A DNA stretch of 14,679 bases from Candidatus Methanomethylicia archaeon (GTDB lineage: Archaea > Thermoproteota > Methanomethylicia > Nezhaarchaeales > B40-G2), in NCBI GenBank assembly GCA_029259155.1, contig JAPDJI010000008.1, positions 1-14,679 of the forward strand, given 5' to 3'. Positions within the stretch are counted from its first letter, which is position 1. Each line of letters begins with the position of its first letter. The notes below the pieces were generated by a model, which had not been told where the DNA came from, ran no database searches, and saw only the letters and a list, made by a program, of their open reading frames with translations. This document shows, piece after piece, positions 6,637-14,679 of the stretch. The position numbers and the translations under genes are program-made.

Positions 6637-6651
6637 GGAAAAGTTTATATT
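6637..6651 (+). promoter_or_regulatory. BRE/TATA of the arg/lys operon
   Basis: GGAAAAG-TTTATATT (TATA at 6644-6651), purine-rich BRE, then SD-like AAGGGGG (6681-6687) before ATG 6694. Confidence 0.65.
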
Positions 6652-6693
6652 TTACCTTTAGGACATCTCTCACCTCTCCTAAGGGGGCCCTGG

Positions 6694-7887
6694 ATGAAAG
6701 TAATTCTGGCATACTCAGGCGGCTTAGATACATCGGTCATGATTAAGTGGCTTCAGGAAAAATATGGTGCTGAAGTGGTAACCGTTACGTTAGATGTTGG
6801 GCAAGGCGAGGACCTAGGGCTCATTGAGGAGCGCGCTCGTAAACTAGGAGTAGTGGAACACTATTCTATCGACGCTAAGGGGGAGTTCGTTGAGAACTAC
6901 GTGTTCCCTGCGGTGAAGGCTAACGCTATGTATGAAGGCAAGTATCCCGTAAGCACTGCGCTTTCAAGGCCACTTATAGCCAAGAAGCTGGTCGAGGTGG
7001 CTGAAAAACACGGAGCTGATGCCGTAGCTCATGGATGCACGGGGAAGGGCAATGACCAGGTTAGGATAGAGGTCGCTGTGAGGTCCTTAAACCCTGACCT
7101 CAAGGTAATAGCCCCCGTTAGGGAGTGGGGCTTAACGCGCGAAGCCGAGATTGAATACGCCCGTAAACACGGCGTGCCTGTGGAGGAGAGGCGTAGTATC
7201 TATAGCGTTGACCAAAACCTGTGGGGTAGATCTATTGAGTGCGGCCCCCTCGAGGACCCTGCGGAGGAGCCTCCTGAAGAGATCTTTGAGTGGACATTGC
7301 CTCTTCGAGAGGCTCCCGACCAGCCAGGCTACGTGTCCATCAAGTTTGAGCGTGGGGTTCCCGTAGAGCTCAACGGGGAACGTTTAGATGGCGTGGGCCT
7401 CATAGCGAGGCTCAATAAGCTAGCTGGTATGCACGGGGTCGGTAGAATAGACCATGTAGAGGACCGGCTGGTGGGCATCAAGTCGAGGGAGGTTTACGAG
7501 TGTCCTGCCGCCCTGTGCATCCTTGAAGCTCACCGGGACCTTGAAAAGCTTGTCTTAACAAAGCACGAGCTAATGTTTAAGGAGATAGTTGATAGGGAAT
7601 GGACTCATCTAGTATACACTGGGCTCTGGGCTGATCCGCTACGCGAGGACCTAGAAGCTTTCATTAACTCCTGCGAGGATCGGGTTGAAGGCGAGGTGAG
7701 GCTAAAGCTCTTTAAAGGCTCTTTGATAGTGGTAGGCCGTTCCTCGCCTTACAGCCTATACGAGCATAGCTTAGCTACCTATGGCGCTGAGTCTAGGTTC
7801 GACCAGTCATGGTCCAAGGGCTTCATCGAGCTCTGGGGGCTGCAGTCGATGACGGCTAGGTGGAAGAAGAGGAGGAAGGAAGCTTGA
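6694..7887 (+). CDS. argG: Argininosuccinate synthase
   Basis: AYSGGLDTS, YPVSTALSRP, HGCTGKGNDQVR, SVDQNLWGRSIECG and GIKSREVYECP. Confidence 0.97.
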   Translation: MKVILAYSGGLDTSVMIKWLQEKYGAEVVTVTLDVGQGEDLGLIEERARKLGVVEHYSIDAKGEFVENYVFPAVKANAMYEGKYPVSTALSRPLIAKKLVEVAEKHGADAVAHGCTGKGNDQVRIEVAVRSLNPDLKVIAPVREWGLTREAEIEYARKHGVPVEERRSIYSVDQNLWGRSIECGPLEDPAEEPPEEIFEWTLPLREAPDQPGYVSIKFERGVPVELNGERLDGVGLIARLNKLAGMHGVGRIDHVEDRLVGIKSREVYECPAALCILEAHRDLEKLVLTKHELMFKEIVDREWTHLVYTGLWADPLREDLEAFINSCEDRVEGEVRLKLFKGSLIVVGRSSPYSLYEHSLATYGAESRFDQSWSKGFIELWGLQSMTARWKKRRKEA

Positions 7888-9368
7888 GCCTACTCAGAGG
7901 TGAACGACTAGCTCCTCAGCCGAGGGAGGTAGCTCACTACACGTCGTCGATACAGCATGACGTAGAGATTGCTAGGGAAGTGGTGAAGATAAACTTGGCT
8001 CATGTGGTGATGTTGGCGGAGCAGGGAATCCTCGACCGCCGCACCGCCGCCCTGATCTTGAAGGCGTTGTCCACGGCTGAACCGGCATCCTTGATGGATG
8101 AAAGCCTAGAAGACGTCCACATGAACTTGGAGCGCTACGTAGCTGAAAAGGCAGGTGAAGAGGCTAGTGGATGGATGCATCTAGCTAAGAGCCGTAACGA
8201 TCAGGTAGCGGCGGCGATAAGGATGAAGCTTCGCCTCAAGCTTATTGAAGCTGGCTTAGCCGCGATCGCTTTACGTAGAGCTTTACTTGAACAGTGCAAG
8301 CTTCACGTAGAGACGTTGATGCCTGGCTACACGCACCTGCAGCGCGCTCAGCCATTAACCCTGGCGCACCACCTCTTAGCTCACCACGACGCTTTGATGA
8401 GGGATACTCAGAGGCTTAAAGAATGCTACACCAGGGTAAACCTATCCCCTATGGGGGCGGCGGCTCTAGCTGCTACTAGCTTCCCAGTGAATAGGAGGAG
8501 GGTGGCTGAACTGCTCGGCTTTGACGGCCTCGTGGAGAACACCGTTGACGCGGCCTCGTCGAGGGATTTTGTTCTAGAAACGCTTGCTGTAGCTTCGCTA
8601 GCCATGAACACGTTGAGCCGGCTAGCGGAGGAGGTGGTCTTATGGTCTACGTCGGAGTTCGGCTTCCTAGAGCTCTCCGATGAATACGCCTCGACGAGCA
8701 GTATAATGCCTCAGAAGAAAAACCCTGTCGTGGCTGAGGTGGCGAGGGCTAGAGCTTCAAGAGTCTACGGAGACTTGCTCTCAGCCCTCTCGATGCTAAA
8801 CTCTCTCCCGTTTAGCTATAACCTTGATCTACAGGAGGTTACTCCCCATCTATGGAACGCTCTTGATATTCTCACCTCTACGCTGAGGGTTATGGCTGGC
8901 CTCATATCTTCATCCTCATTTAACGTAGAGAGGATGGCTGAAGCCCTAGGTGACGGCTTCGCTAATGCAACAGAGCTGGCGAACTTGCTTGTGAGGAAGG
9001 GGTTGCCGTTTCGAGCAGCCCATAGAGTGGTTGGTTTCTTGGCGAGGAGGATGGTGGAGCAGCATAGGCCTCTCTCAAGCCTTAAAGCCTTGGAGGTGGT
9101 GGAAGCGGCCAAGGAGCTCCTAGGGCAACCCCTCTCCTTAACCGACGAGGAGGTTAGACGAGTCTTGAACCCACGCTGGGCGGTGGAGGCATGCACCGTG
9201 GAGGGAGGGCCTTCGCCCAGTGAGGTGAGGAGGATGCTGGCCGATAGGTTTAAAGCCGCAGAGGAGGATGAAGGTTTCTTCCTTCAGCTTAGAAGGAGGC
9301 TGGAGGAGTCTGATGAGGGCCTCCTGGCCTCGGTCAAGGTCATCGAGTCGAACGTGGAGGTGGCCTAG
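7884..9368 (+). CDS. argH: Argininosuccinate lyase
   Basis: EDVH, SRNDQVA, MPGYTHLQRAQP, SSIMPQKKNP and YNLDLQE. Start placed at TTG 7884 (TTGA overlap with the argG stop, SD GGAGG) rather than the track's 7860. Confidence 0.96.
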   Translation: MSLLRGERLAPQPREVAHYTSSIQHDVEIAREVVKINLAHVVMLAEQGILDRRTAALILKALSTAEPASLMDESLEDVHMNLERYVAEKAGEEASGWMHLAKSRNDQVAAAIRMKLRLKLIEAGLAAIALRRALLEQCKLHVETLMPGYTHLQRAQPLTLAHHLLAHHDALMRDTQRLKECYTRVNLSPMGAAALAATSFPVNRRRVAELLGFDGLVENTVDAASSRDFVLETLAVASLAMNTLSRLAEEVVLWSTSEFGFLELSDEYASTSSIMPQKKNPVVAEVARARASRVYGDLLSALSMLNSLPFSYNLDLQEVTPHLWNALDILTSTLRVMAGLISSSSFNVERMAEALGDGFANATELANLLVRKGLPFRAAHRVVGFLARRMVEQHRPLSSLKALEVVEAAKELLGQPLSLTDEEVRRVLNPRWAVEACTVEGGPSPSEVRRMLADRFKAAEEDEGFFLQLRRRLEESDEGLLASVKVIESNVEVA

Positions 9369-9542
9369 ATGAAGGTTAAATGCCCTGAGTGTGGTGGAGA
9401 CGTGCCTATACCTGACGACGTAGTGATAGGCGAGATTGTTAGCTGCCCTGACTGTGGCCAGGAATACGAGGTGTATGAACTAAGCTCTGAAGGCCCGCGC
9501 ATCAAGCCAGCTGAGGTAGCTGCTGAGGATTGGGGAGAGTAG
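9369..9542 (+). CDS. lysW: Amino-group carrier protein LysW/ArgW (alpha-aminoadipate/glutamate carrier)
   Basis: Not in the ORF track. MKVKCPECGGDVPIPDDVVIGEIVSCPDCGQEYEVYELSSEGPRIKPAEVAAEDWGE*: two CPxCG motifs, acidic, canonical C-terminal EDWGE. SD GGAGGTG; ATG immediately follows the argH TAG. Confidence 0.97.
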   Translation: MKVKCPECGGDVPIPDDVVIGEIVSCPDCGQEYEVYELSSEGPRIKPAEVAAEDWGE

Positions 9543-9552
9543 GTGTAAGGGC

Positions 9553-10407
9553 TTGTCTGAGGCGGTCATGTTTTACGATAGGCTTAGGTGGGAAGAAAAG
9601 GAGTTGATGAAGGCGGCGGAGAAAGAAGGGTTTAAGCTAAAGGTAGCGGATACGAAATCCCTACACCTCAACCCGAGTCAAAGGCTAAACGAGGAGTTCG
9701 GCAGCTTAGCTCTCCAGAGGTGTATTAGCCATTATCGCGGATTATACCTATCAGCGCTTCTAGAAACAGCAGGGCTGAGGGTAATCAACTCCTTTAAGAC
9801 TACGCATATATGCGGCGACAAGCTTCTCACCAGCCTAACTTTGTTTAAAGCCGGCTTACCCATCCCTCACTTCGCTGTAGCCTTCACCTCGGAGGCGGCC
9901 ATTAAAGCCATAGAGAAGCTTGGCTTACCCGTAGTCTTTAAGCCAGTCGTGGGGAGCCATGGGAGGTTCGTCTCCATGGTGAATGACATGAGCTTGGCCC
10001 GCAGCCTCTTGGAACACATCGAGGCTTTAGGAAATGGGCTACACAGGGTACATTACATACAGGAATACATCGATAAGCCTTCTAGGGACATAAGGGTGGT
10101 CGTAGTAGGAGGGGAGGTGGTAGCCTCCATCTATAGGTATGCACCGGACGGTGAATGGAGGACGAACGTAGCTGTAGGCGGTAGAGCAGAGCCATGTAAA
10201 CTTCCCCCTGAGGTAGAGGAGTTAGCTTTAAGGGCAGCTGAAGCGGTTGGCGGGGAGGTCGTAGGGGTGGATTTAATGGAGAGCAAGGAGGAGGTCCTCG
10301 TCAACGAGGTTAACCCTACCGTGGAGTTTAAGGGAGCTTCGCTCTCCACGGGCATCGACGTAGCCTTAAAGGTAATTAAGTACGTAAAGGAGGTGGCTAA
10401 AAAGTGA
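9553..10407 (+). CDS. lysX: LysW ligase, RimK-type ATP-grasp (LysX/ArgX: AAA/glutamate-LysW ligase)
   Basis: YDRLRWEEK, LQRCIS, GDKLLT, KPVVGSHGR, YIQEYIDKPSRDIR, WRTNVAVGG and EVNPTVEFKG. Directly downstream of lysW. Confidence 0.93.
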   Translation: MSEAVMFYDRLRWEEKELMKAAEKEGFKLKVADTKSLHLNPSQRLNEEFGSLALQRCISHYRGLYLSALLETAGLRVINSFKTTHICGDKLLTSLTLFKAGLPIPHFAVAFTSEAAIKAIEKLGLPVVFKPVVGSHGRFVSMVNDMSLARSLLEHIEALGNGLHRVHYIQEYIDKPSRDIRVVVVGGEVVASIYRYAPDGEWRTNVAVGGRAEPCKLPPEVEELALRAAEAVGGEVVGVDLMESKEEVLVNEVNPTVEFKGASLSTGIDVALKVIKYVKEVAKK

Positions 10408-11456
10408 AGGTAGGAGTGATCGGGGCCTCCGGCTTTACGGGAGGCGAGGTTTTAAGGCTGCTCGTCAAACACCCTGAAGCAGAGGTGGTCATAGCTACTT
10501 CGAGGGAGTATGCTGACGAATACGTGTTTAGGCTTCACCCAAACCTACGCGGCGTAACCGACTTGAAGTTCACGCCCCCCGACTTGAAGAGGATTACTGA
10601 GGCTTGCGACTGCGTGTTTATGGCTACACCTCACGGAGCCTCCATTAAGTATACGCCTCAACTGCTCGAAGTAGGCTTAAAGGTAATAGACCTGAGCGCT
10701 GACTTTAGGTTAAAGAACCCTGAGATGTACAAGTACTGGTATGGATGGGAGCACCCTAGACTTGACCTACTAGCTGAGGCAGTGTACGGCTTACCTGAGC
10801 TTCATAGAGAGGAGATTAAGCGAGCTAGGCTTATAGCGTGTCCAGGGTGTACGGCCACCGCCTCCATCCTCGCGCTAGCGCCGGTGGTTAAGGCGGGCTT
10901 CGCAGACTTGGACCATATAGTGGTGGACGTAAAGATAGGCTCTTCAGGAGCAGGCTCGGCTCCTAACCCCTCAACCCACCACGCCGTTAGGGCTGGGGTG
11001 GTTAGACCCTATGCACCTGCAGGACACCGCCACTCCGCTGAGATAGAGCAGGAGCTAGGCGCGGTGGCTGGGAGGGAGCTTAAGGTGGCCATGTCGGCCC
11101 ACGCCGTTGACATCGTTAGGGGCATCTTGTCCACTGGACACGTGTTCACCATAAGAGGTGTATCCACCGGCGAGCTTTGGAAAGCCTACCGCTCCATGTA
11201 CGGCTCTGAGCCCTTCGTGAGGATAGTCAAGGACAAGAAAGGGCTCTACCGCTTACCTGACCCTAAGGTAGTTGTGGGCACTAATTACTGCGATGTGGGC
11301 TTCGAGATCGATGAACGCGTCGGCAGGGTTGTGGCGTTCGCTGCCATCGACAACCTCGTTAAAGGCGCGGCTGGACAAGCTGTGCAGTGCTTCAACATAA
11401 TGCTAGGAATAGACGAGCGGACAGGACTAGACTATACGGGTATACATCCAGCTTAA
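10404..11456 (+). CDS. lysY: [LysW]-aminoadipyl/glutamyl-phosphate reductase (LysY/ArgC)
   Basis: GASGFTGGE Rossmann motif, ATPHG, IDLSADFRL, YGLPEL, catalytic PGC, GSSGAG and DNLVKGAAGQAVQ. GTGA overlap with lysX; SD GGAGGTG. Confidence 0.95.
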   Translation: MKVGVIGASGFTGGEVLRLLVKHPEAEVVIATSREYADEYVFRLHPNLRGVTDLKFTPPDLKRITEACDCVFMATPHGASIKYTPQLLEVGLKVIDLSADFRLKNPEMYKYWYGWEHPRLDLLAEAVYGLPELHREEIKRARLIACPGCTATASILALAPVVKAGFADLDHIVVDVKIGSSGAGSAPNPSTHHAVRAGVVRPYAPAGHRHSAEIEQELGAVAGRELKVAMSAHAVDIVRGILSTGHVFTIRGVSTGELWKAYRSMYGSEPFVRIVKDKKGLYRLPDPKVVVGTNYCDVGFEIDERVGRVVAFAAIDNLVKGAAGQAVQCFNIMLGIDERTGLDYTGIHPA

Positions 11457-11457
11457 G

Positions 11458-12276
11458 GTGGAGCGCTTGACCACCGTCGTCAAGGTGGGAGGCGACCTAG
11501 TCAAGGACGAAGGTCCGCTCCTCAAGGTCCTAAGCGACCTGAAGGAAGCCTTAGCCCTAAGCTCCGCCGTGCTGGTTCATGGAGGAGGAGACATAGTCAC
11601 AGAGATCGCAACCAAGCTGGGTAAGGAGCAGGTGTTCGTTACCAGCCCTGAAGGTTTTAGGAGCCGCTATACAGATAGAGAAACGGCGGAGATCTACTCC
11701 ATGGTGATGTCGGGCAAGATAAATAAGCAGCTTGTAGTAGCGCTTCAACGCCTAGGCGTAAACGCTGTGGGCGTCTCGGGGCTGGATGGAAGACTGCTTA
11801 GGGCTGAACGTAAAAAGAAGCTGGTGATCTTGGACGAGAGAGGTAGACGTAGAGCTATAGAAGGTGGCTATACGGGGAGGATAGTGGACGTGAACGCTAA
11901 GCTTCTACAAACGCTGCTTAATGAAGGATACGTCCCAGTAGTAGCGCCTGTAGCGCTGGGCGATGAATACGAGGTCTTAAACGTGGATGGAGATAGGGCA
12001 GCTGCACGCGTGGCTGGAGCGCTGAAGGCTGAGCTGGTTTTATTGACCGACGTGGAAGGAGTCCTGCTGGACGGTAAGCTCGTTAGGCATGTGAAGCAGA
12101 GCGAAGTAGACGTGCTCTTAAAGAAGCTTGGGCCCGGGATGATAACGAAGGTATACGCGGCTTCGGAAGCCTTGAACCTAGGCGCGCCCAAGGTGATCGT
12201 GGCCTCCGGCCTTAAAGATAAGCCTATCACCTCTGCTCTTCGAGGCGAGTCTGGCACTATATTTACAGCTGTGTGA
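11458..12276 (+). CDS. lysZ: [LysW]-aminoadipate/glutamate kinase (LysZ/ArgB)
   Basis: VVKVGG, VHGGG, SRYT, GGYTG, LNVDGDRAA, TDVEG and GMITK. The true start may be TTG 11467, with GGTGGAG acting as SD. Confidence 0.94.
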   Translation: MERLTTVVKVGGDLVKDEGPLLKVLSDLKEALALSSAVLVHGGGDIVTEIATKLGKEQVFVTSPEGFRSRYTDRETAEIYSMVMSGKINKQLVVALQRLGVNAVGVSGLDGRLLRAERKKKLVILDERGRRRAIEGGYTGRIVDVNAKLLQTLLNEGYVPVVAPVALGDEYEVLNVDGDRAAARVAGALKAELVLLTDVEGVLLDGKLVRHVKQSEVDVLLKKLGPGMITKVYAASEALNLGAPKVIVASGLKDKPITSALRGESGTIFTAV

Positions 12277-12277
12277 G

Positions 12278-13486
12278 GTGGCTATCTTGTCGTCTTCCTC
12301 GATAACTGAGCTCGAAGATAGGTTAATGGCGAACACCTATCAGAAAATACCTGTCACCATAGTTAAGGGTAGAGGAGCAAAGGTATGGGATATTGAAGGT
12401 AGAGAGTACGTGGACTGCATGGCTGGTTACGGTGTAGCCTTAGTTGGCCACTGCCACCCTAAAGTAGTTGAAGCGATAAAGAGGCAGGCTGAAAGGCTGC
12501 TTTCCTGCCACGCCTCGCTCTATAACGATGTGAGGGCTGAATTCCTCGAGAAACTGGTGAAGCTGACCCCTAAAGGCCTCGATAAGGCCTTCCTCTCCAA
12601 CAGCGGTGCCGAAGCAGTGGAGTGCGCCTTGAAGCTTGCACGTAAGTTAACGGGTAGGAAGGGGATCGTGGCCATGGTTAGGTCTTACCACGGTAAGACC
12701 ATGGGCGCTCTCTCCGCGACCTGGGAGTCAAAGTATAGGGCTCCCTTTGAGCCTCTCGTGCCCGGCTTCAAGTTTGTCCCCTTCGGCAGGGCTGATAGGC
12801 TACGTGAAGCGGTGGATGAAGAGACGGCGGCTGTTATAGTTGAGCCCATCCAGGGGGAGAGCGGGGTCATACTTCCACCTGAGGGGTACTTGAAGGAGGT
12901 GAGGGAGATATGCGACGAGAAAGGCGCGCTACTGATCTTCGATGAGGTGCAGACAGGTTTAGGTAGGACAGGTAAAATGTGGGCGTCGGAACACTGGGCT
13001 GTCGTGCCAGATATCATGTGTTTAGCTAAAGCAGTGGCTGGCGGCGTCCCCATGGGTGTCACGGTTGCTAGGAGCGATGTTATGAGCTCGTTTAAGCTAG
13101 GGGAGCACAGCAGTACTTTTGGAGGCAATCCACTAGCATGCGCAGCTGCCTCAGCAGTGTTGGACGTCCTCGTTGAGGAGAAGCTGCCTGAAAGAGCTGT
13201 CGAGGTGGGAGGCTACTTCAAGCAAAGGTTACAGGAGCTTTGCGGAGGGTTAAAGTTGGTCAGGGAGGTTAGAGGGCTAGGCTTAATGTTAGCGGTGGAG
13301 CTGAGGTTCAACGTCATACCGAGGGTGATCCCAAACGCTGCCTCTAAAGGCCTACTAGCCCTATACTCAGGGTTAAACACGGTGAGGTTGCTGCCACCCC
13401 TCGTTATCGAGCGTGAAGAAGTCGATAGGGCCTGCGAGGTAATAAGCCAGGTCTTAGCTGAGGAAGCCTCTAGGATGAGGTCTTAG
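12278..13486 (+). CDS. lysJ: [LysW]-semialdehyde aminotransferase, class III PLP (LysJ/ArgD)
   Basis: DCMAGYGV, SNSGAEAVE, YHGKTMG, EPIQGESG, DEVQTG, LAKAVAGG and STFGGNP. The true start may be TTG 12287, with GAGGTG acting as SD. Confidence 0.94.
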   Translation: MAILSSSSITELEDRLMANTYQKIPVTIVKGRGAKVWDIEGREYVDCMAGYGVALVGHCHPKVVEAIKRQAERLLSCHASLYNDVRAEFLEKLVKLTPKGLDKAFLSNSGAEAVECALKLARKLTGRKGIVAMVRSYHGKTMGALSATWESKYRAPFEPLVPGFKFVPFGRADRLREAVDEETAAVIVEPIQGESGVILPPEGYLKEVREICDEKGALLIFDEVQTGLGRTGKMWASEHWAVVPDIMCLAKAVAGGVPMGVTVARSDVMSSFKLGEHSSTFGGNPLACAAASAVLDVLVEEKLPERAVEVGGYFKQRLQELCGGLKLVREVRGLGLMLAVELRFNVIPRVIPNAASKGLLALYSGLNTVRLLPPLVIEREEVDRACEVISQVLAEEASRMRS

Positions 13487-13495
13487 GAGTAGTTT

Positions 13496-14605
13496 GTGTT
13501 GGAGAGCTACGCCTTAAGCCTCCTTAAATCCATGTTAAAGATCTATAGCCCAACAGGCTCAGAGCACCAGCTAGCAAAGTTTCTAAGCGGCGAGATGGCT
13601 AGGCTAGGCTTCACCGTGGACATCGACGCCGCGGGCAACGTGGTGGGTAGCCTAGGTGAGGGGCCTGAGGTGTTGATGTGTGGACACATGGACACGGTCA
13701 GAGGGCGCCTCCCAGTCAAGGTGAGGGAGGGGCGTATTTATGGTAGGGGCTCCGTGGACGCTAAGGGCCCCCTCGCCGCGATCATAACGGCCGCCAAGCT
13801 TTACGCCCAGTCTCGGGGTAGCTTAAAGGTTGTAGTGGCTGCGGTGGTGGACGAGGAAGGATATAGCAGAGGGGTCAAACACCTAATTTCCTATCTGCCT
13901 AAGCCTATCTGCGCCTTCTTCGGCGAGCCCAGCAACACCTATGGCATCACTGTTGGCTATAAGGGAGCTCTCTCCGCCGACATCATCGTTAAGACGCAGA
14001 CTGGCCACGTAGCCTCCTCTGAGCTCTACGTCAACGCCGCTGAGCTGGCCTATGAGGTCTGGTTGAAAATCAAGGAGGAGGCTTCGCGTAGATCCAAGCC
14101 TGAAAGCAGGTTTCATAGCCTAGACGCCGCCCTAACCCATGTGGCTTCTAAAAGAAGGCCGGGCGTCCTGCCTGATGAATGCTCCATATCCGTAAACCTA
14201 CGCCTCCCACCAAACATGACCTGCGAGGAGACAGCCAGCTTGCTCCAGCGATGGGTGGCTGAGGCAGCATCACCCTATCCATCGGCAGCCGCCGAGGCCT
14301 TCATCAAGGACTGCGTTGAGGCTTTTCAAGTCGCGCCGACCGCCCCCCCTGTCAGGGCGTTGCAGAGGGCCATTATCAAGGTTCTAGGACGCCCTCCAGC
14401 CATCCTACGAAAGACGGGGACAGGCGACGTAAACGTAGCCTCGTCCAAGTGGGATATACCCATGGCTGTCTACGGCCCAGGAGACTCCAAGCTAGACCAC
14501 ACCCCTGAGGAAAACCTGGCCATTCAAGATTACTTTGACTCCATAAAGGTCTACGCCCAAGCCTTAAGAGAGCTGGAATCACTCCACCGACGCGTCGACC
14601 AATAA
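13496..14605 (+). CDS. lysK: [LysW]-lysine/ornithine hydrolase, M20 peptidase (LysK/ArgE)
   Basis: YSPTGSE, GHMDTV, GRGSVDAKGP, DEEG, GEPS, GYKG, KTGTGD.N and YGPGDSKLDHTPEE. Confidence 0.93.
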   Translation: MLESYALSLLKSMLKIYSPTGSEHQLAKFLSGEMARLGFTVDIDAAGNVVGSLGEGPEVLMCGHMDTVRGRLPVKVREGRIYGRGSVDAKGPLAAIITAAKLYAQSRGSLKVVVAAVVDEEGYSRGVKHLISYLPKPICAFFGEPSNTYGITVGYKGALSADIIVKTQTGHVASSELYVNAAELAYEVWLKIKEEASRRSKPESRFHSLDAALTHVASKRRPGVLPDECSISVNLRLPPNMTCEETASLLQRWVAEAASPYPSAAAEAFIKDCVEAFQVAPTAPPVRALQRAIIKVLGRPPAILRKTGTGDVNVASSKWDIPMAVYGPGDSKLDHTPEENLAIQDYFDSIKVYAQALRELESLHRRVDQ

Positions 14606-14614
14606 ACTGGGAAA

Positions 14615-14679
14615 GATCAAGCCTCAAGTTTCCGCCTGTCTATCCTCCTTTCCATGACACTTTGAAGAGATACAGTTGG
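14615..14679 (-). CDS. Possible 3' end of a convergent gene entering from the right edge (frame unresolved)
   Basis: All three minus frames are open from the edge for 12-20 codons (e.g. NCISSKCHGKEDRQAET*, stop 14626-14624; PTVSLQSVMERRIDRRKLEA*). Too short to identify. Confidence 0.25.

Noticed and set aside
6483-6693. Lysine riboswitch, T-box or bacterial ARG box upstream of argG
   Set aside because: The predicted leader is only about 20 nt and no such consensus is recognisable.
7860-7883. Poly-Glu N-terminal extension of ArgH (MEEEEEGS)
   Set aside because: Artefact of the track's start choice; this segment is the argG 3' end and argH SD, and the TTG at 7884 fits better.
567-14627. Remaining overlapping track ORFs (567-749, 1027-1227, 1607-1792, 2609-2797, 3062-3343, 4548-4730, 4899-5096, 5210-5542, 5785-6102, 6088-6471, 7151-7366, 8426-8611, 8816-9196, 10131-10355, 11557-11748, 11868-12257, 12685-13128, 13883-14116, 14376-14627)
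   Set aside because: Antisense or off-frame shadows of well-supported genes, often Ser/Thr/Pro-rich, with no motifs.
1-14679. CRISPR arrays, IS elements/transposases, integrases, tRNA/rRNA genes, inteins
   Set aside because: No regularly spaced repeats, terminal inverted repeats, cloverleafs or oversized proteins seen; nearly all sequence is explained by normal-length genes.

Overview
Archaeal chromosomal window (inferred from archaeal-type TTTA/TTTTTAA promoters, GGAGGTG-type Shine-Dalgarno sites, frequent AGG/ATA/CTA codons and gene content; most consistent with a Thermoproteota/TACK lineage, but not assignable from sequence alone). Right half (6694-14605): a compact + strand LysW-dependent arginine/lysine biosynthesis operon, argG-argH-lysW-lysX/argX-lysY/argC-lysZ/argB-lysJ/argD-lysK/argE. 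lysW (9369-9542) is missing from the ORF track. Left half: cofactor and regulatory genes. These are the 5' end of a tungstopterin aldehyde:ferredoxin oxidoreductase (AOR)-family gene (missing from the track), preceded by an unannotated 57-aa basic zinc-ribbon ORF that aligns by eye with LysW; a MoaD/SAMP ubiquitin-like protein lacking the C-terminal GG; an LpdD-like prFMN chaperone; a HAD phosphatase; an AbrB-PhoU regulator; a TIM-barrel isomerase/epimerase; an Lrp/AsnC regulator with a 5-Cys tail; ubiX; and a solitary ECF S-component divergent from argG. No tRNA, rRNA, CRISPR array or mobile element was seen. All annotation is by eye; no database search was run.
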